From: an uncultured Granulicatella sp.
Lineage (GTDB): Bacteria > Bacillota > Bacilli > Lactobacillales > Aerococcaceae
Reading direction: 5' to 3'
DNA: 64,000 nt
Assembly (NCBI RefSeq): GCF_963528315.1
Contig: NZ_CAURVV010000001.1
Coordinates: 13,464 to 77,463, forward strand
This document shows positions 1 through 9,700 of this stretch, piece by piece. The translations under genes and the position numbers were made by a program. A model generated the notes under the pieces. The model saw only the letters and a program-made list of their open reading frames with translations, made no database searches and was not told where the DNA came from. Positions within the stretch are counted from its first letter, which is position 1; the number at the start of each line of letters is the position of its first letter.

Positions 1-447
1 CCAGATGTCGTATTACAATCGCTAAATCGTGATACAACTTATGCTGAATTAGAAGCTGCCACTTTAGCGATTCGTTCGGGTGCAAAATTTGTTGTAACGA
101 ATATCGACTCTAATCTTCCAAGTGAAAAAGGATTTATTCCAGGATCAGGCTCTATTACAGCATTTTTAAAAATGTCAACACAACAAGAGCCAATTGTAAT
201 GGGGAAACCAAGTAGTATTATTATGGAATCAGCTTTAAACTATTTGAATCAACAATATCCAGAGCAACATTTTACAAAAGAAGATATTGCAATGGTTGGA
301 GATAACTACCAAACAGATATTCAAGCTGGAATTCAGTATGGAATGGATACATTAATGGTTTTAACAGGATTCTCTACAAGAGAAGATTTAGAAGGAGTAG
401 CACAACCTACGCATCTAGTGAATAATTTAAGTGAGTGGAAGGTATAA
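1..447 (+). CDS. HAD-IIA family hydrolase (NagD/YutF-like), 5'-truncated by window edge
   Basis: Frame 1 is open from base 1. The C-terminal motif MVGDNYQTDIQAG...DTLMVLTG is typical of HAD-IIA phosphatases. Confidence 0.75.
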   Translation, partial: PDVVLQSLNRDTTYAELEAATLAIRSGAKFVVTNIDSNLPSEKGFIPGSGSITAFLKMSTQQEPIVMGKPSSIIMESALNYLNQQYPEQHFTKEDIAMVGDNYQTDIQAGIQYGMDTLMVLTGFSTREDLEGVAQPTHLVNNLSEWKV

Positions 448-449
448 GA

Positions 450-1079
450 ATGTCTACAACCATAAAAAGATGGAGTTTTTCGATTGTCTTAGCATTGTTC
501 TTATTGAGTACAGCAATTACCTTTGTCATCTTTTTTGAGCCACTATTTCGAGGTGTTATTTTATTATTTGGCTTAGAACAGCATAGTGGAATTTCTACAG
601 CAAAATTAATGGAGAATTATCATGTATTGATATCGTATTTAACAAGACCTTGGATTAAGGAATTAGTCATGCCAGATTTTCCGAGTTCTCCTCAAGGATT
701 ATTTCACTTTGAAGAAGTGAAACGTTTATTTATGATTAATTTCGGTATTGCAGTGATTTCTACGATTGTTTCACTTGTTTTGATAAGAAGGTTGAAAAAA
801 GAAAGAAAATTATTTCTATTACTTACTCCGTTAAAAGGAATATTATATGCAACACTGTTATTTGTCGTATGTTTAGTGAGCTTTTTCGATGTAATTTTTG
901 TAAAATTCCATGAATTATTTTTCCATAATTCAGCATGGATATTTGATCCAAAATTAGATCCAATTATCGAAGTATTGCCAGAAGAATTTTTTATGATTTG
1001 CTTTTTAATCGTATTTCTATGGCTTGTCTTTGGGATTATTGGGATACAGAGATGGATTAAAAAACAGGAACAGATGTAA
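450..1079 (+). CDS. Integral membrane protein (TIGR01906-like)
   Basis: About 210 aa with several hydrophobic segments. The ATG at 450 follows GGAAGG and overlaps the end of the upstream HAD gene. Confidence 0.55.
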   Translation: MSTTIKRWSFSIVLALFLLSTAITFVIFFEPLFRGVILLFGLEQHSGISTAKLMENYHVLISYLTRPWIKELVMPDFPSSPQGLFHFEEVKRLFMINFGIAVISTIVSLVLIRRLKKERKLFLLLTPLKGILYATLLFVVCLVSFFDVIFVKFHELFFHNSAWIFDPKLDPIIEVLPEEFFMICFLIVFLWLVFGIIGIQRWIKKQEQM

Positions 1080-1103
1080 ATAAAACTATAAAATTTCGTG
1101 ATT

Positions 1104-1146
1104 ATCTATCGTTTAGAGGTAACTTTAAGCGATAGGTATTTTTTTA
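1104..1146 (+). terminator. Possible intrinsic terminator
   Basis: ctatcg...cgatag stem with a large loop, followed by a T-run. Confidence 0.3.
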
Positions 1147-1231
1147 CACTTCTTTTACACTTTTCTCATACTCAAAAAAATTAAAACATGGTATGATAAC
1201 GAGGAAGAGAATAATGACCGAGGGAGAAAGT

Positions 1232-2173
1232 ATGAAAATATCAGTAGTGATTCCTTTTTATAATGAGGAAAGAATGATTGAAAAAATGTACAGTGAATTA
1301 GTTCATGTACTAAATCAACAAACAACAGAAGAATTTGAAATTATTTTAATTGATGATGGAAGTAAAGATAAAACTTTTGAAAAAATATTAGAAATTGCCA
1401 AAAATGATGAGAGAGTTCGCTATTTGAGTTTTAGCCGTAATTTTGGGAAAGAAGCTGGGACGATTGCTGGATTACAATACGCAACGGGCGAAGCCGTTAT
1501 TTTAATGGATGGGGATTTACAGCATCCACCTGCACTTGTTCCTCAAATGATCGAAGCGTACCTGGAAGGATATGATGTCGTAAGTGGCCGTAGAACAAGA
1601 ACGGGTGAAAGCCAATTTCGTACTTTTCTAGCGAATCGTTTTTATAAATTAGCCAATCGACTAATGGATACACCTTTAACGGATGGAATTTCTGAGTTTC
1701 GCTTATTTAGTCGAAAAGCAGTACGAGCGATTTTATCATTGAATGAATATAATCGTTTTTCAAAAGGGCTTTTCTCATGGATTGGGTTCAAGGAAAAAGT
1801 CATTGAATATGAAAATCATGTTCGTGAAATAGGAGAAACAAAATACTCCTTAAAATTTTCATGGAATTATGCCATTCAAGGGATTTTATCATTTAATGAT
1901 AAACCATTACGTGCGTGTATTAATTTGGGATTAGGTTGTTTATTAATATCTGTGCTATATATCGTGTGGATGTTTATTAAATATATGATTGATCCAAGTT
2001 CCTTAGTGAGTGGCTATTTTACAACGATTTTTGCAGTTGTCTTACTAGGGGGAATTCAGTTAATCTCTATTGGAGTTTTAGGAGAATATATCGGGAAAAT
2101 TTATTATGAAGTAAAAAAACGTCCTCATTATTTAGTGGATAAAACGAATTTTGAGGAGGAGAAAGATGAGTAA
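1232..2173 (+). CDS. Family 2 glycosyltransferase, polyprenol-phosphate sugar transferase (CsbB/GtrB-like)
   Basis: N-terminal ISVVIPFYNEE and DDGSKD motifs, a DGDLQHPP motif and two C-terminal TM helices. The RBS GAGGGAG lies before the ATG at 1232. Confidence 0.85.
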   Translation: MKISVVIPFYNEERMIEKMYSELVHVLNQQTTEEFEIILIDDGSKDKTFEKILEIAKNDERVRYLSFSRNFGKEAGTIAGLQYATGEAVILMDGDLQHPPALVPQMIEAYLEGYDVVSGRRTRTGESQFRTFLANRFYKLANRLMDTPLTDGISEFRLFSRKAVRAILSLNEYNRFSKGLFSWIGFKEKVIEYENHVREIGETKYSLKFSWNYAIQGILSFNDKPLRACINLGLGCLLISVLYIVWMFIKYMIDPSSLVSGYFTTIFAVVLLGGIQLISIGVLGEYIGKIYYEVKKRPHYLVDKTNFEEEKDE

Positions 2174-4787
2174 AAAGAAAGTAGTTTACTTAACGAGTTT
2201 TTTCCTACCAATTGGTATTATGCTTGTTTCGTGGATTATTAATGGATTCTTCCCATTTGGTGCAAAATCACTAATGGCAGTAGATTTTAATGCGCAATAT
2301 ATTGGTTTATATGCTTATTTGAAACATTTCTTCTTAAATGGGGATTGGAATAGCTTTTTCTATTCCTTTTCAAAATCCATTGGAGGAGGAATGCTGGGTA
2401 TTTGGGGATTTAATTTAATTAGTCCGTTTAATGTATTGTATTTCTTCTTTTCAGAACAAAATTTTCAATGGGCAGTTATGTTAACCATTGGTCTTCGATA
2501 TGGAGTAATGGGGCTTACTTGGACACATTTTTTTGTGAAGCGATATAATGGTTTAGAAAAAAATCCAGCATTTCTTCCTATGTTTGGAAGTTTATATGCT
2601 TTGAATGGATTTAATGTTAGTTATCAAATGAATCCTATTTTTTATGATGGGATGATTATGTTACCACTTGTACTAATGGGTGTAGAAGAAGTTTTGGATA
2701 GAATAGGTGCCAAACGCTATGTCCTATTGTTAGCTTTAGCTTTATTACTGCATTTTTACATGGGATATATGATTTGTATTTTTGTAGTTATCTATGCATT
2801 GTTTTATTTATTCAAATCAAAAGATAGAACGTTTAAACAAGGGTTTATTCAATTGCTTCAACTAGGCTTATATTCTATTTTAGCAGTTGGTTTAGTAGCC
2901 TTTATTATTATTCCAATTTTGATGAGCTTAGTTTCTACTAAAGGTGGACTTGAAAGTAAATTATTATTTGAATGGAAATTACAAATTGATCCTTTTGATA
3001 TTTTTTCTAAATTATTTTTAGGAGCATTTGATAATTCTTCTTGGCCAGCAGGTCCAAATTTACCGAATATTTATGTGGGAACACTAGGAATGATCGGAAC
3101 AGTTTATTATTTCTTAAGTTCTAACATTCAAAAAAGAGAAAAAATAGCCTCTTTAGGTGTCTTAATTGTTTTTATTCTATCTTGTGTTCATGAATTTACA
3201 AGTAAATTATGGCATATGGGACAAAATCCTGCAGGTTTCTTCTATCGATTTTCTTGGATTATGGCATTTTTCTTAGTTTATTTAGCTTATTTATCCTTAA
3301 GAGAAGTCGAGCAATTAAATTGGAAAAAATCATTAATAGTTGCTGGAGTCATGATTTTAATTTTCATTTTAGTGATGACAAGACAGTATTCCTTCTTAAT
3401 TGTTCCACAAAAAATTGCGACATTGGCATTGATTTTTGTGATGTTATCTATTTTAGTGTGGCCACAAATTCATAAAAGATGGGCCTTTTTGGCAGCAGTA
3501 ACTGCAATTGAATTAATGATGAATGCAACGATTGTTCAATCGAGAGTAGGGTATACGGATGCGTATAAATATCAAGATGCTGTAAAACAATTACAAACAG
3601 CAGTAGCTCCAATTCGCCCAAATGATAAAGAATTTTATCGTATTCATGGAAGCTTCCATTTAAGTAAAAATGATCCATTTATGGCGGATTATCCTGGAAT
3701 GTCTGTGTTTAGTTCTAATTTGGAAAATTCAACAAGAGATTTATTTGAACAATTAGGAAATAACGGGATTAATGCGACCACTTATTATTATGGAACACCA
3801 TTAAGTGATGCATTATTCAGTTTAAAATATTGGATGACGCCTAAACCGGTCTATACGAAGGATTATCCAGATACAAGTAAAATGTATGTGTTTGGAAAAT
3901 ATGCGACTCGTTTAGATATTACAGAAAATACTCCTGTAGTTTATGAAGAGGAGAGAACAGAAGTATTTCAAATTCCACAAACTCTTCCAATAGCATTTGG
4001 AGTAAATGAAAAATTAGCTTCATTAGAATTAAGAATGAATCAACCGATTCAAAACTATAATAAAATTACAGCAGCTCAATTAGGAGAAGATGTTAAATAT
4101 TTGGAGATGTTAGCAGCAAATGAAATTACAACTGATAATTTTTTAGCAATTGAAAGAGCAGAGACGTATCAAAGAATTGATTCTTCAAAACCAGCTAGCA
4201 TAACATACCGTTTTACTCCTCAAACAGATGAAGAGTATTGGGTCACTTTACCAACACGCTTCTCAAGAAATGATAAAAATAATATTAAGATGTATCTCAA
4301 TGGAGAGGAATATCACTTCTTAAATAATTATCAAGCGACTCAATTAGTGAATATTGCTTCGCAGTCCCAAGGAAAATCTATTGAATTTAAGATTGAAGTG
4401 AATACAGATGAAGAATATACTTTTACGGGTGTTAGATTAGCAAAAACTTATCGTTCAGTTGCAAATAAATTTATTCAAGAACGCCAAAATCAAGCGATTC
4501 AATTAACTCATTGGGATAACTCTCATATTCGTGGAACAGTTACGATTACAGATGATAGTACTGTTATGTTTACTTCGATTCCATACGATAAAGGTTGGAT
4601 TGTAAAAGTCGATGGAAAAGTCGTGGAAACAAGAAAAATTTGGAATAGTTTACTAGGTTTTGCGATTACGAATGGGGAACATACGATTGAATTAAGCTTT
4701 ATTCCAGAAGGATGGAAGATAGGAGTAGGGATTTCTATCGTATCATTTATTGTATTACTTGGGTTGATTTATAAGAAATGGATTTAA
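2166..4787 (+). CDS. yfhO: YfhO family membrane glycosyltransferase (teichoic acid glycosylation partner of CsbB)
   Basis: About 870 aa with many N-terminal TM segments and a large C-terminal extracytoplasmic part. The ATG at 2166 overlaps the stop of the GT2 gene (ATGAGTAA), indicating translational coupling. Confidence 0.8.
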   Translation: MSKKKVVYLTSFFLPIGIMLVSWIINGFFPFGAKSLMAVDFNAQYIGLYAYLKHFFLNGDWNSFFYSFSKSIGGGMLGIWGFNLISPFNVLYFFFSEQNFQWAVMLTIGLRYGVMGLTWTHFFVKRYNGLEKNPAFLPMFGSLYALNGFNVSYQMNPIFYDGMIMLPLVLMGVEEVLDRIGAKRYVLLLALALLLHFYMGYMICIFVVIYALFYLFKSKDRTFKQGFIQLLQLGLYSILAVGLVAFIIIPILMSLVSTKGGLESKLLFEWKLQIDPFDIFSKLFLGAFDNSSWPAGPNLPNIYVGTLGMIGTVYYFLSSNIQKREKIASLGVLIVFILSCVHEFTSKLWHMGQNPAGFFYRFSWIMAFFLVYLAYLSLREVEQLNWKKSLIVAGVMILIFILVMTRQYSFLIVPQKIATLALIFVMLSILVWPQIHKRWAFLAAVTAIELMMNATIVQSRVGYTDAYKYQDAVKQLQTAVAPIRPNDKEFYRIHGSFHLSKNDPFMADYPGMSVFSSNLENSTRDLFEQLGNNGINATTYYYGTPLSDALFSLKYWMTPKPVYTKDYPDTSKMYVFGKYATRLDITENTPVVYEEERTEVFQIPQTLPIAFGVNEKLASLELRMNQPIQNYNKITAAQLGEDVKYLEMLAANEITTDNFLAIERAETYQRIDSSKPASITYRFTPQTDEEYWVTLPTRFSRNDKNNIKMYLNGEEYHFLNNYQATQLVNIASQSQGKSIEFKIEVNTDEEYTFTGVRLAKTYRSVANKFIQERQNQAIQLTHWDNSHIRGTVTITDDSTVMFTSIPYDKGWIVKVDGKVVETRKIWNSLLGFAITNGEHTIELSFIPEGWKIGVGISIVSFIVLLGLIYKKWI

Positions 4788-4797
4788 TGTTTAGAAT

Positions 4798-4944
4798 AAG
4801 ACTTTAATATATGTAGCAATGGACGCCAGCAGCTTCGCAAAGCGAATCTCATGGCTAAACTTTGAGCCAAGGTCTCAAAGTTTCCAGTAAAAGAAGCCAC
4901 AATGATTTGTGGCTTCTTTTACGTATGCTACTAATATAAGTCTT
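4798..4944 (+). repeat. Structured intergenic repeat, long form, copy 1
   Basis: Outer arms aagactttaatatatgtagca / tgctactaatataagtctt. Core GGACGCCAGCAG, hairpin ttcgc-aaa-gcgaa, TCTCATGGC, hairpin actttgagcc-aa-ggtctcaaagt and a 15-bp hairpin gtaaaagaagccac...gtggcttcttttac. Confidence 0.9.
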
Positions 4945-4948
4945 TTCT

Positions 4949-5599
4949 TTACTTATGGTTCTTAAAAAATTCTTTTAAATCATTTAGGCTGATATCGCTA
5001 CTGTTTGATAAAGTTTCTTGTAATTGACCGTCTTTAAAGACTAATAAAGTAGGAATAGAATCAATATGATACTGTTCTGCAAACTTCGCTAATTCATCCG
5101 TCTTATTTTCCGTATCAATATAATAAATTGTAGCATTAATACTTCTTGCAGCCTTTCTTAATTTTGGAGCAAATTCCCTACAATACGGACAAGTTTCACG
5201 TCCAACATAAACAAAACGAATCTGTCTCTTTAGATCTTTCATTTCTTCTTGAATCCTTGTATTATCTAGCTCTACAAAATGACGTGTTGCTTGAACATAC
5301 TCACTGTAACGATAAACCAAAGAGTTATCATTTGAAATAAGAATACGAGGATTAACGAAACATAACATTATAACAATACCAATATAGGATGCAATCAATT
5401 TTTTTCGTGGACTCCAAGTTTTAAAGAAATGATCTTTTAGGAATAGAAAATAATATCCAGATGCTACAAGAAATTGTAAAAAAATCCATAGTAGTGAAAA
5501 TTCACTAACGAAATAATTAAATATCATATAAGCTAAAAGAATAATTAAGAATATACAATCACCTTTTGTAAAAAATTTAATCTTAGGCATCATGCCCAA
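4949..5599 (-). CDS. Membrane-anchored thioredoxin-fold protein (CPYC active site), paralog 1
   Basis: Three predicted N-terminal TM helices and a C-terminal thioredoxin-like domain with FVYVGRETCPYCREFAPKL. Closely related to the 6165..6806 ORF; the Trx domains are nearly identical. Confidence 0.75.
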   Translation of the reverse strand: MGMMPKIKFFTKGDCIFLIILLAYMIFNYFVSEFSLLWIFLQFLVASGYYFLFLKDHFFKTWSPRKKLIASYIGIVIMLCFVNPRILISNDNSLVYRYSEYVQATRHFVELDNTRIQEEMKDLKRQIRFVYVGRETCPYCREFAPKLRKAARSINATIYYIDTENKTDELAKFAEQYHIDSIPTLLVFKDGQLQETLSNSSDISLNDLKEFFKNHK

Positions 5600-5633
5600 C
5601 TCCTTTTACTATTGAATACATGAATCCTATCAT

Positions 5634-5891
5634 TTAAAAGAAATGCATGAGGATTAATGATACAATCATGATACAACTCCAAATGAATAATACAATCATT
5701 TTTCCTTTTTGATTCCAAGTTTTAGGGATAAGATCTTTTTTTAATATGAAATAACATCCTGCTGTTGCAAGAGCTTGAAAAAAGAGCAATAGTGAGGAAG
5801 ATTTGCTAGTAAAAAAACTGTATATCAGGCAACCTAAAAGAACAATGACAAATAACCAATCTCCCTTTGTTAAATATTTAACTTTTGACAT
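5634..5891 (-). pseudogene. Truncated paralog of the membrane thioredoxin (TM domain only)
   Basis: MSKVKYLTKGDWLF... aligns with the N-terminal TM domain of the two flanking paralogs but stops before the Trx domain. Its upstream region is similar to those of the paralogs. Confidence 0.5.
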
Positions 5892-6013
5892 TACATCCAC
5901 ACCCTTTACTATTTTATAATTAAAGTATAGCACTATTCCCTAAAAATGAAAGAGCTTTCTTATGTTTTATGAAAATTTTATTAGTGAAAAATAGTTTAGT
6001 AACGAGAAAAAAA

Positions 6014-6156
6014 GAAAAAAATTTTGTACTAGCAGTAATAAAATCTGATATATCAGATTTTATTAGAGGGAAATTTGAGACCCTAGGCTCAAATTTTAGC
6101 CATGAGATTCGCATTACGAAGCTACTGGCGTCCTTGCTAGCTACAAAATTTTTTTC
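6014..6156 (-). repeat. Structured intergenic repeat, long form, copy 2
   Basis: Reverse orientation. Arms gaaaaaaattttgtactagca / tgctagctacaaaatttttttc; core ggacgccagtag read on the minus strand. Confidence 0.9.
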
Positions 6157-6164
6157 TTTAATAA

Positions 6165-6806
6165 TTATTTGTGGCTCTTTAAAAATTCTTTGAGGTCGTT
6201 TAGGTTGATATCGCTACTGTTTGATAAAGTCTCTTGTAATTGACCATCTTTAAAGACTAATAAAGTAGGTATAGAATCAATATGATATTGTTCTGCAAAC
6301 TTTGTTAATTCATCCGTTTTATTTTCCGTATCAATATAATAAATTCTAGCATTAATACTTTTTGCAGCCTCTTTTAATTTTGGAGCAAATTCCCTACAAT
6401 ACGGACAAGTTTCACGTCCAACATAAACAAAACGAATCTGTTTCTTCTGAGCATTCATGTCATTCTGAATAGTAGAATTATCTAGTTGAACAAAATGATT
6501 TGTTGCTTGCACATATTCAGTTGTTCGGTAAATCCAAGAGTTATTTTTAGAAATAAATAATGGAGGAGCGATTAAAAGAATCATTAAGCAAATAGCAATT
6601 ATGTTCTTTGCTAGAGTAGAAAATTTATCACTTAGAGGCGATTTAGTTACTAAATAGTAAGCTCCTGTTGCTATGACAAATTCATAGAGAATCCAAAGTA
6701 AGGAATTTCCACTAATAAAATAATGAAATAGCAAAAAACAAATAAGAAGAATTGAAAACAATTTGTCATCTTTCGTCAAAGACTTAATCTTACACATTAA
6801 AACCAA
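6165..6806 (-). CDS. Membrane-anchored thioredoxin-fold protein (CPYC), paralog 2
   Basis: Same architecture and the same ETCPYCREFAPKL motif as 4949..5599. Confidence 0.75.
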   Translation of the reverse strand: MVLMCKIKSLTKDDKLFSILLICFLLFHYFISGNSLLWILYEFVIATGAYYLVTKSPLSDKFSTLAKNIIAICLMILLIAPPLFISKNNSWIYRTTEYVQATNHFVQLDNSTIQNDMNAQKKQIRFVYVGRETCPYCREFAPKLKEAAKSINARIYYIDTENKTDELTKFAEQYHIDSIPTLLVFKDGQLQETLSNSSDINLNDLKEFLKSHK

Positions 6807-6893
6807 CTCCTTTATTATTTTATACCTAGATTATAATATAAAACTCTTTTTTTGAAAAACGTTTTTATAAAAGGAGAGAATAAAAATATTAAA

Positions 6894-7031
6894 GAAAAAA
6901 TTTTGTACTAGCAGTAATAAAATCTGACACATTAGATTTTATTAGAGGAAAATTTGAGACCAAGGCTCAAATTTTAGCCAAGAGACCCGTAAGGGGCTAC
7001 TGGCGTCCTTTGCTACTACAAAATTTTTTTC
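6894..7031 (-). repeat. Structured intergenic repeat, long form, copy 3
   Basis: Reverse orientation. The core is almost identical to copy 12 (gagacccgtaaggggctactggcgtc). Confidence 0.9.
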
Positions 7032-7136
7032 TTTAATATTTTGTACTGGAAAACATGAAATCATACTTTTGTCCCATTGTAGTGGGACGAGAATATGCTA
7101 TAATTTTCCTAAGAGAGTTGATAAAGGAGAAGTCTT

Positions 7137-7820
7137 ATGAAGAAACATATTATTCAAGCTATTAAGCTATTTTTCTTTGTAGCAGTCAGTTCAAGAGTTT
7201 TTGTAAGAATGCATAGTTCTGCAGAAATGTTTTTATTTCTTTTATTATGCTATGGCATATTTTTCTATGTACTATTCCGAAAAGAAATGAATCCACCAAA
7301 TTGGAAAACATACCTACATAAGGAAAAAGAATTCCAAGGTCCATCAGAGAAGCAACAAGAGATTTATGAAAAGGCAGGTTTATCAGAAAGTGATGTTGTC
7401 TTCTTTAGAGAGAAAATGAATCGAGCAAAAACTCAAATTCAACAAATTGAGGCTTATACAAAACAAAATAATAAAATCGAAGCCATTGCCAATCGCTACC
7501 AACTATTAACGATTTTAAAAGATTACTTTAAGGAAATTGTCCAACATCCAGAACGCTTGCATGCCGTTGATAAGTTTTTAAATACGTATTTACCAGGCTT
7601 AGAAGAAATTATGGGAAAATATATTGAAATAGAGAAACATATTTCTAAAACTCAAGAAACTTATCAAGTGCTAGATCAAACAATGGAATTATTAGATGAT
7701 TGTTGTCTTCAAGTGGAAGCAGACTATCAAAAATTCCAAGCACAAGATTTTAGTGATTTAAATTTAGAAAGAGAACATTTTCAAAAACAATCTCAAAAAG
7801 AAGAATTTGAAGACTTTTAG
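7137..7820 (+). CDS. xpaC: XpaC-like (5-bromo-4-chloroindolyl phosphate hydrolysis) protein
   Basis: Two N-terminal TM helices and a helical C-terminal part, positioned directly upstream of a TelA-like gene as in Bacillus xpaC-yaaN. Confidence 0.6.
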   Translation: MKKHIIQAIKLFFFVAVSSRVFVRMHSSAEMFLFLLLCYGIFFYVLFRKEMNPPNWKTYLHKEKEFQGPSEKQQEIYEKAGLSESDVVFFREKMNRAKTQIQQIEAYTKQNNKIEAIANRYQLLTILKDYFKEIVQHPERLHAVDKFLNTYLPGLEEIMGKYIEIEKHISKTQETYQVLDQTMELLDDCCLQVEADYQKFQAQDFSDLNLEREHFQKQSQKEEFEDF

Positions 7821-7832
7821 GAGGAAATATAG

Positions 7833-9026
7833 ATGACAGATAAAACTTCAACAGTAGAAGATTTAATTCAAAATCCATTTGGGGAACAAGTGAGTGTAAC
7901 ACCATTATCAGAAGTGTCTCACGATTTTCCAGCAACACAAACAGAAGCAAGTCCGAAGAAATTAATTGATACATTGGATGAAAAACATCAAGAACAAGCT
8001 CGTGCATTAGCGAAGCAAATTGATGAAACAAATTTACAAGCGATTATTAGTTATGGGGCTGCAGCTCAAAAACAATTAGGAGAATTTTCTCACCAAATGC
8101 TTTCTCATGTGCAAGCAAAAGATACTGGAGAAATTGGGGATATTTTAAACGACTTAATGGAGCGTTTAAATGAAACTGACCCAAATGATTTAGTAGCTGA
8201 AAATCAAGGATTCTTCCAAAAATTCTTTGGAAAAATTAAGAAGAGTATTTATGAAATGCAAGCTAAATATCAAGAAGTTGGATCTCAAGTTGATAAAATT
8301 GCGATTCGTTTAGACCATGAAAAAAATGGCTTGTTAAACGACAATTTATCATTGGAACAATTATATCAACGTAATAAAGATTTCTTTGATGCTTTAAATA
8401 TTTATATTGCGGCTGGAGAATTAAAATTAGCGGAATTACAAGAAACATTAATTCCTGAAGCTTTAGAAAAAGCACGTGTAACAGGTGACCAAATGGATGT
8501 ACAAGTTGTAAATGACTTAGAACAATTTTTAGATCGTCTAGAAAAAAGAAATCATGATTTAAAATTAACGAGACAAATGACGATTCAACAAGCACCGCAA
8601 ATTCGTTTAATTCAAAATACAAACCAGGCATTAGCTGAAAAAATTCAATCATCCATTACTACAACAATTCCGTTATGGAAAAACCAAATTGCCATTGCAA
8701 TGACATTATTACGTCAAAAAGATGCTGTAACGGCACAAAGACAAGTGTCAGAAACAACAAATCAATTAATTCAAAAAAATTCAGAAATGTTGAAAATTTC
8801 TACAATTGAAACAGCCCGTGAAAATGAACGAGGTATTATTGATTTAGAAACATTACAAAAAACTCAAAAAGACTTAATTGAAACATTAGAAGAAACATTG
8901 AAGATTCAACAAGAAGGTAGAGCAAGAAGAAGAAAAGCAGAAGTTGAATTAACAAATATGGAAGAGGATTTACGTCAAAAATTATTAGTGTTAAGTCATA
9001 AAGAAAAACAAATTCATCAAGATTAA
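7833..9026 (+). CDS. telA: TelA/YaaN family toxic-anion-resistance protein
   Basis: 397 aa and all-helical. The region [22 protein letters not shown] and the overall length are typical of TelA. Confidence 0.75.
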   Translation: MTDKTSTVEDLIQNPFGEQVSVTPLSEVSHDFPATQTEASPKKLIDTLDEKHQEQARALAKQIDETNLQAIISYGAAAQKQLGEFSHQMLSHVQAKDTGEIGDILNDLMERLNETDPNDLVAENQGFFQKFFGKIKKSIYEMQAKYQEVGSQVDKIAIRLDHEKNGLLNDNLSLEQLYQRNKDFFDALNIYIAAGELKLAELQETLIPEALEKARVTGDQMDVQVVNDLEQFLDRLEKRNHDLKLTRQMTIQQAPQIRLIQNTNQALAEKIQSSITTTIPLWKNQIAIAMTLLRQKDAVTAQRQVSETTNQLIQKNSEMLKISTIETARENERGIIDLETLQKTQKDLIETLEETLKIQQEGRARRRKAEVELTNMEEDLRQKLLVLSHKEKQIHQD

Positions 9027-9031
9027 TTTGT

Positions 9032-9060
9032 GAAAATGTGGAACATTTTTCTTATTTTCA
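9032..9060 (+). terminator. Intrinsic terminator after telA
   Basis: gaaaatgt-gga-acattttc hairpin followed by a T-rich run. Confidence 0.45.
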
Positions 9061-9112
9061 TAGGATTTATGATTCAGTAGTAAAGATGTAATCTGCTTGT
9101 AATAAAATAAAC

Positions 9113-9141
9113 TTGCGATTTTTTCAAACATTATTTACAAT
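9113..9141 (+). promoter_or_regulatory. Sigma-A type promoter
   Basis: TTGCGA, a 17-nt spacer, then TACAAT, about 30 nt upstream of the 9174 ORF. Confidence 0.45.
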
Positions 9142-9173
9142 AGAGATAAATAAATTTTTTATGAGGTGAGAAA

Positions 9174-9689
9174 ATGCACGTTTGGATCGTAGTAGTAGCA
9201 TTATTAGCTTTAGCAGTATTTTTCTTATTCATTTCATTGTTCTTAAAAGACAATCAATATGAAGATGAATTAGATGAATTAAGTGAAGGCTTATTAGAAT
9301 TAAATAGAGAAGTGTATTCTTTAAAGAAAAAAATTCAAGAGTTGGAAGGAACACCAATTTATCGTGCTCCTGTAGAGCATGCTCCTCAACCTGAACAGGA
9401 ATTTACATTTATTCCACAACCAGTAGTTGAGCCAGAACCAACTTTCACTCCAAGATTTGAAGAAAAAGAAGAGGAAGTTCAACCAGTATTTGAACCACAA
9501 CCAACATTTACTGAGCCAACTTTTTCACAGCATGAAGAAGAGGAAGATTTACACAGCATTACTCGTAAACATATCCTAACTTTATTTAGTCATGGTGCTT
9601 CTTATGAAGAAATTGCTGAACAATTAAATGTTCCAGTTTCAACTGTTCAATTAGTAATTGATAGCTATTTTGAATCAGGATCACATTAA
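9174..9689 (+). CDS. Membrane-anchored protein with coiled coil, Pro/Glu-rich linker and C-terminal HTH-like segment
   Basis: N-terminal TM helix (VWIVVVALLALAVFFLFISLFL), a PQPE-rich linker and the C-terminal segment HGASYEEIAEQLNVPVSTVQLVI, which resembles a sigma-region-4/LuxR-type HTH. Confidence 0.45.
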   Translation: MHVWIVVVALLALAVFFLFISLFLKDNQYEDELDELSEGLLELNREVYSLKKKIQELEGTPIYRAPVEHAPQPEQEFTFIPQPVVEPEPTFTPRFEEKEEEVQPVFEPQPTFTEPTFSQHEEEEDLHSITRKHILTLFSHGASYEEIAEQLNVPVSTVQLVIDSYFESGSH

Positions 9690-9700
9690 GGAGGGGTAAT

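Noticed and set aside
3209-3678. Short ORFs nested in or antisense to long genes, for example 3209..3475, 3448..3678, 8263..8652, 10278..10538, 13697..14074, 34325..34534, 43994..44449, 48662..49081 and 51109..51543.
   Set aside because: They lie fully inside well-supported conserved genes (yfhO, telA, TDT, NUDIX, ATPase, rluA-like, mgtE, rplT/rplM). They are AT-rich-frame artefacts without RBSs or recognisable motifs.
5920-6193. ORFs 5920..6114 (-) and 5969..6193 (+). Similar ORFs also overlap other repeat copies: 18202..18534, 37117..37329, 45045..45347 and the 5' extension of 37336.
   Set aside because: They are read through the palindromic repeat elements, so both strands are open by symmetry. 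They lack RBSs and have low-complexity products.
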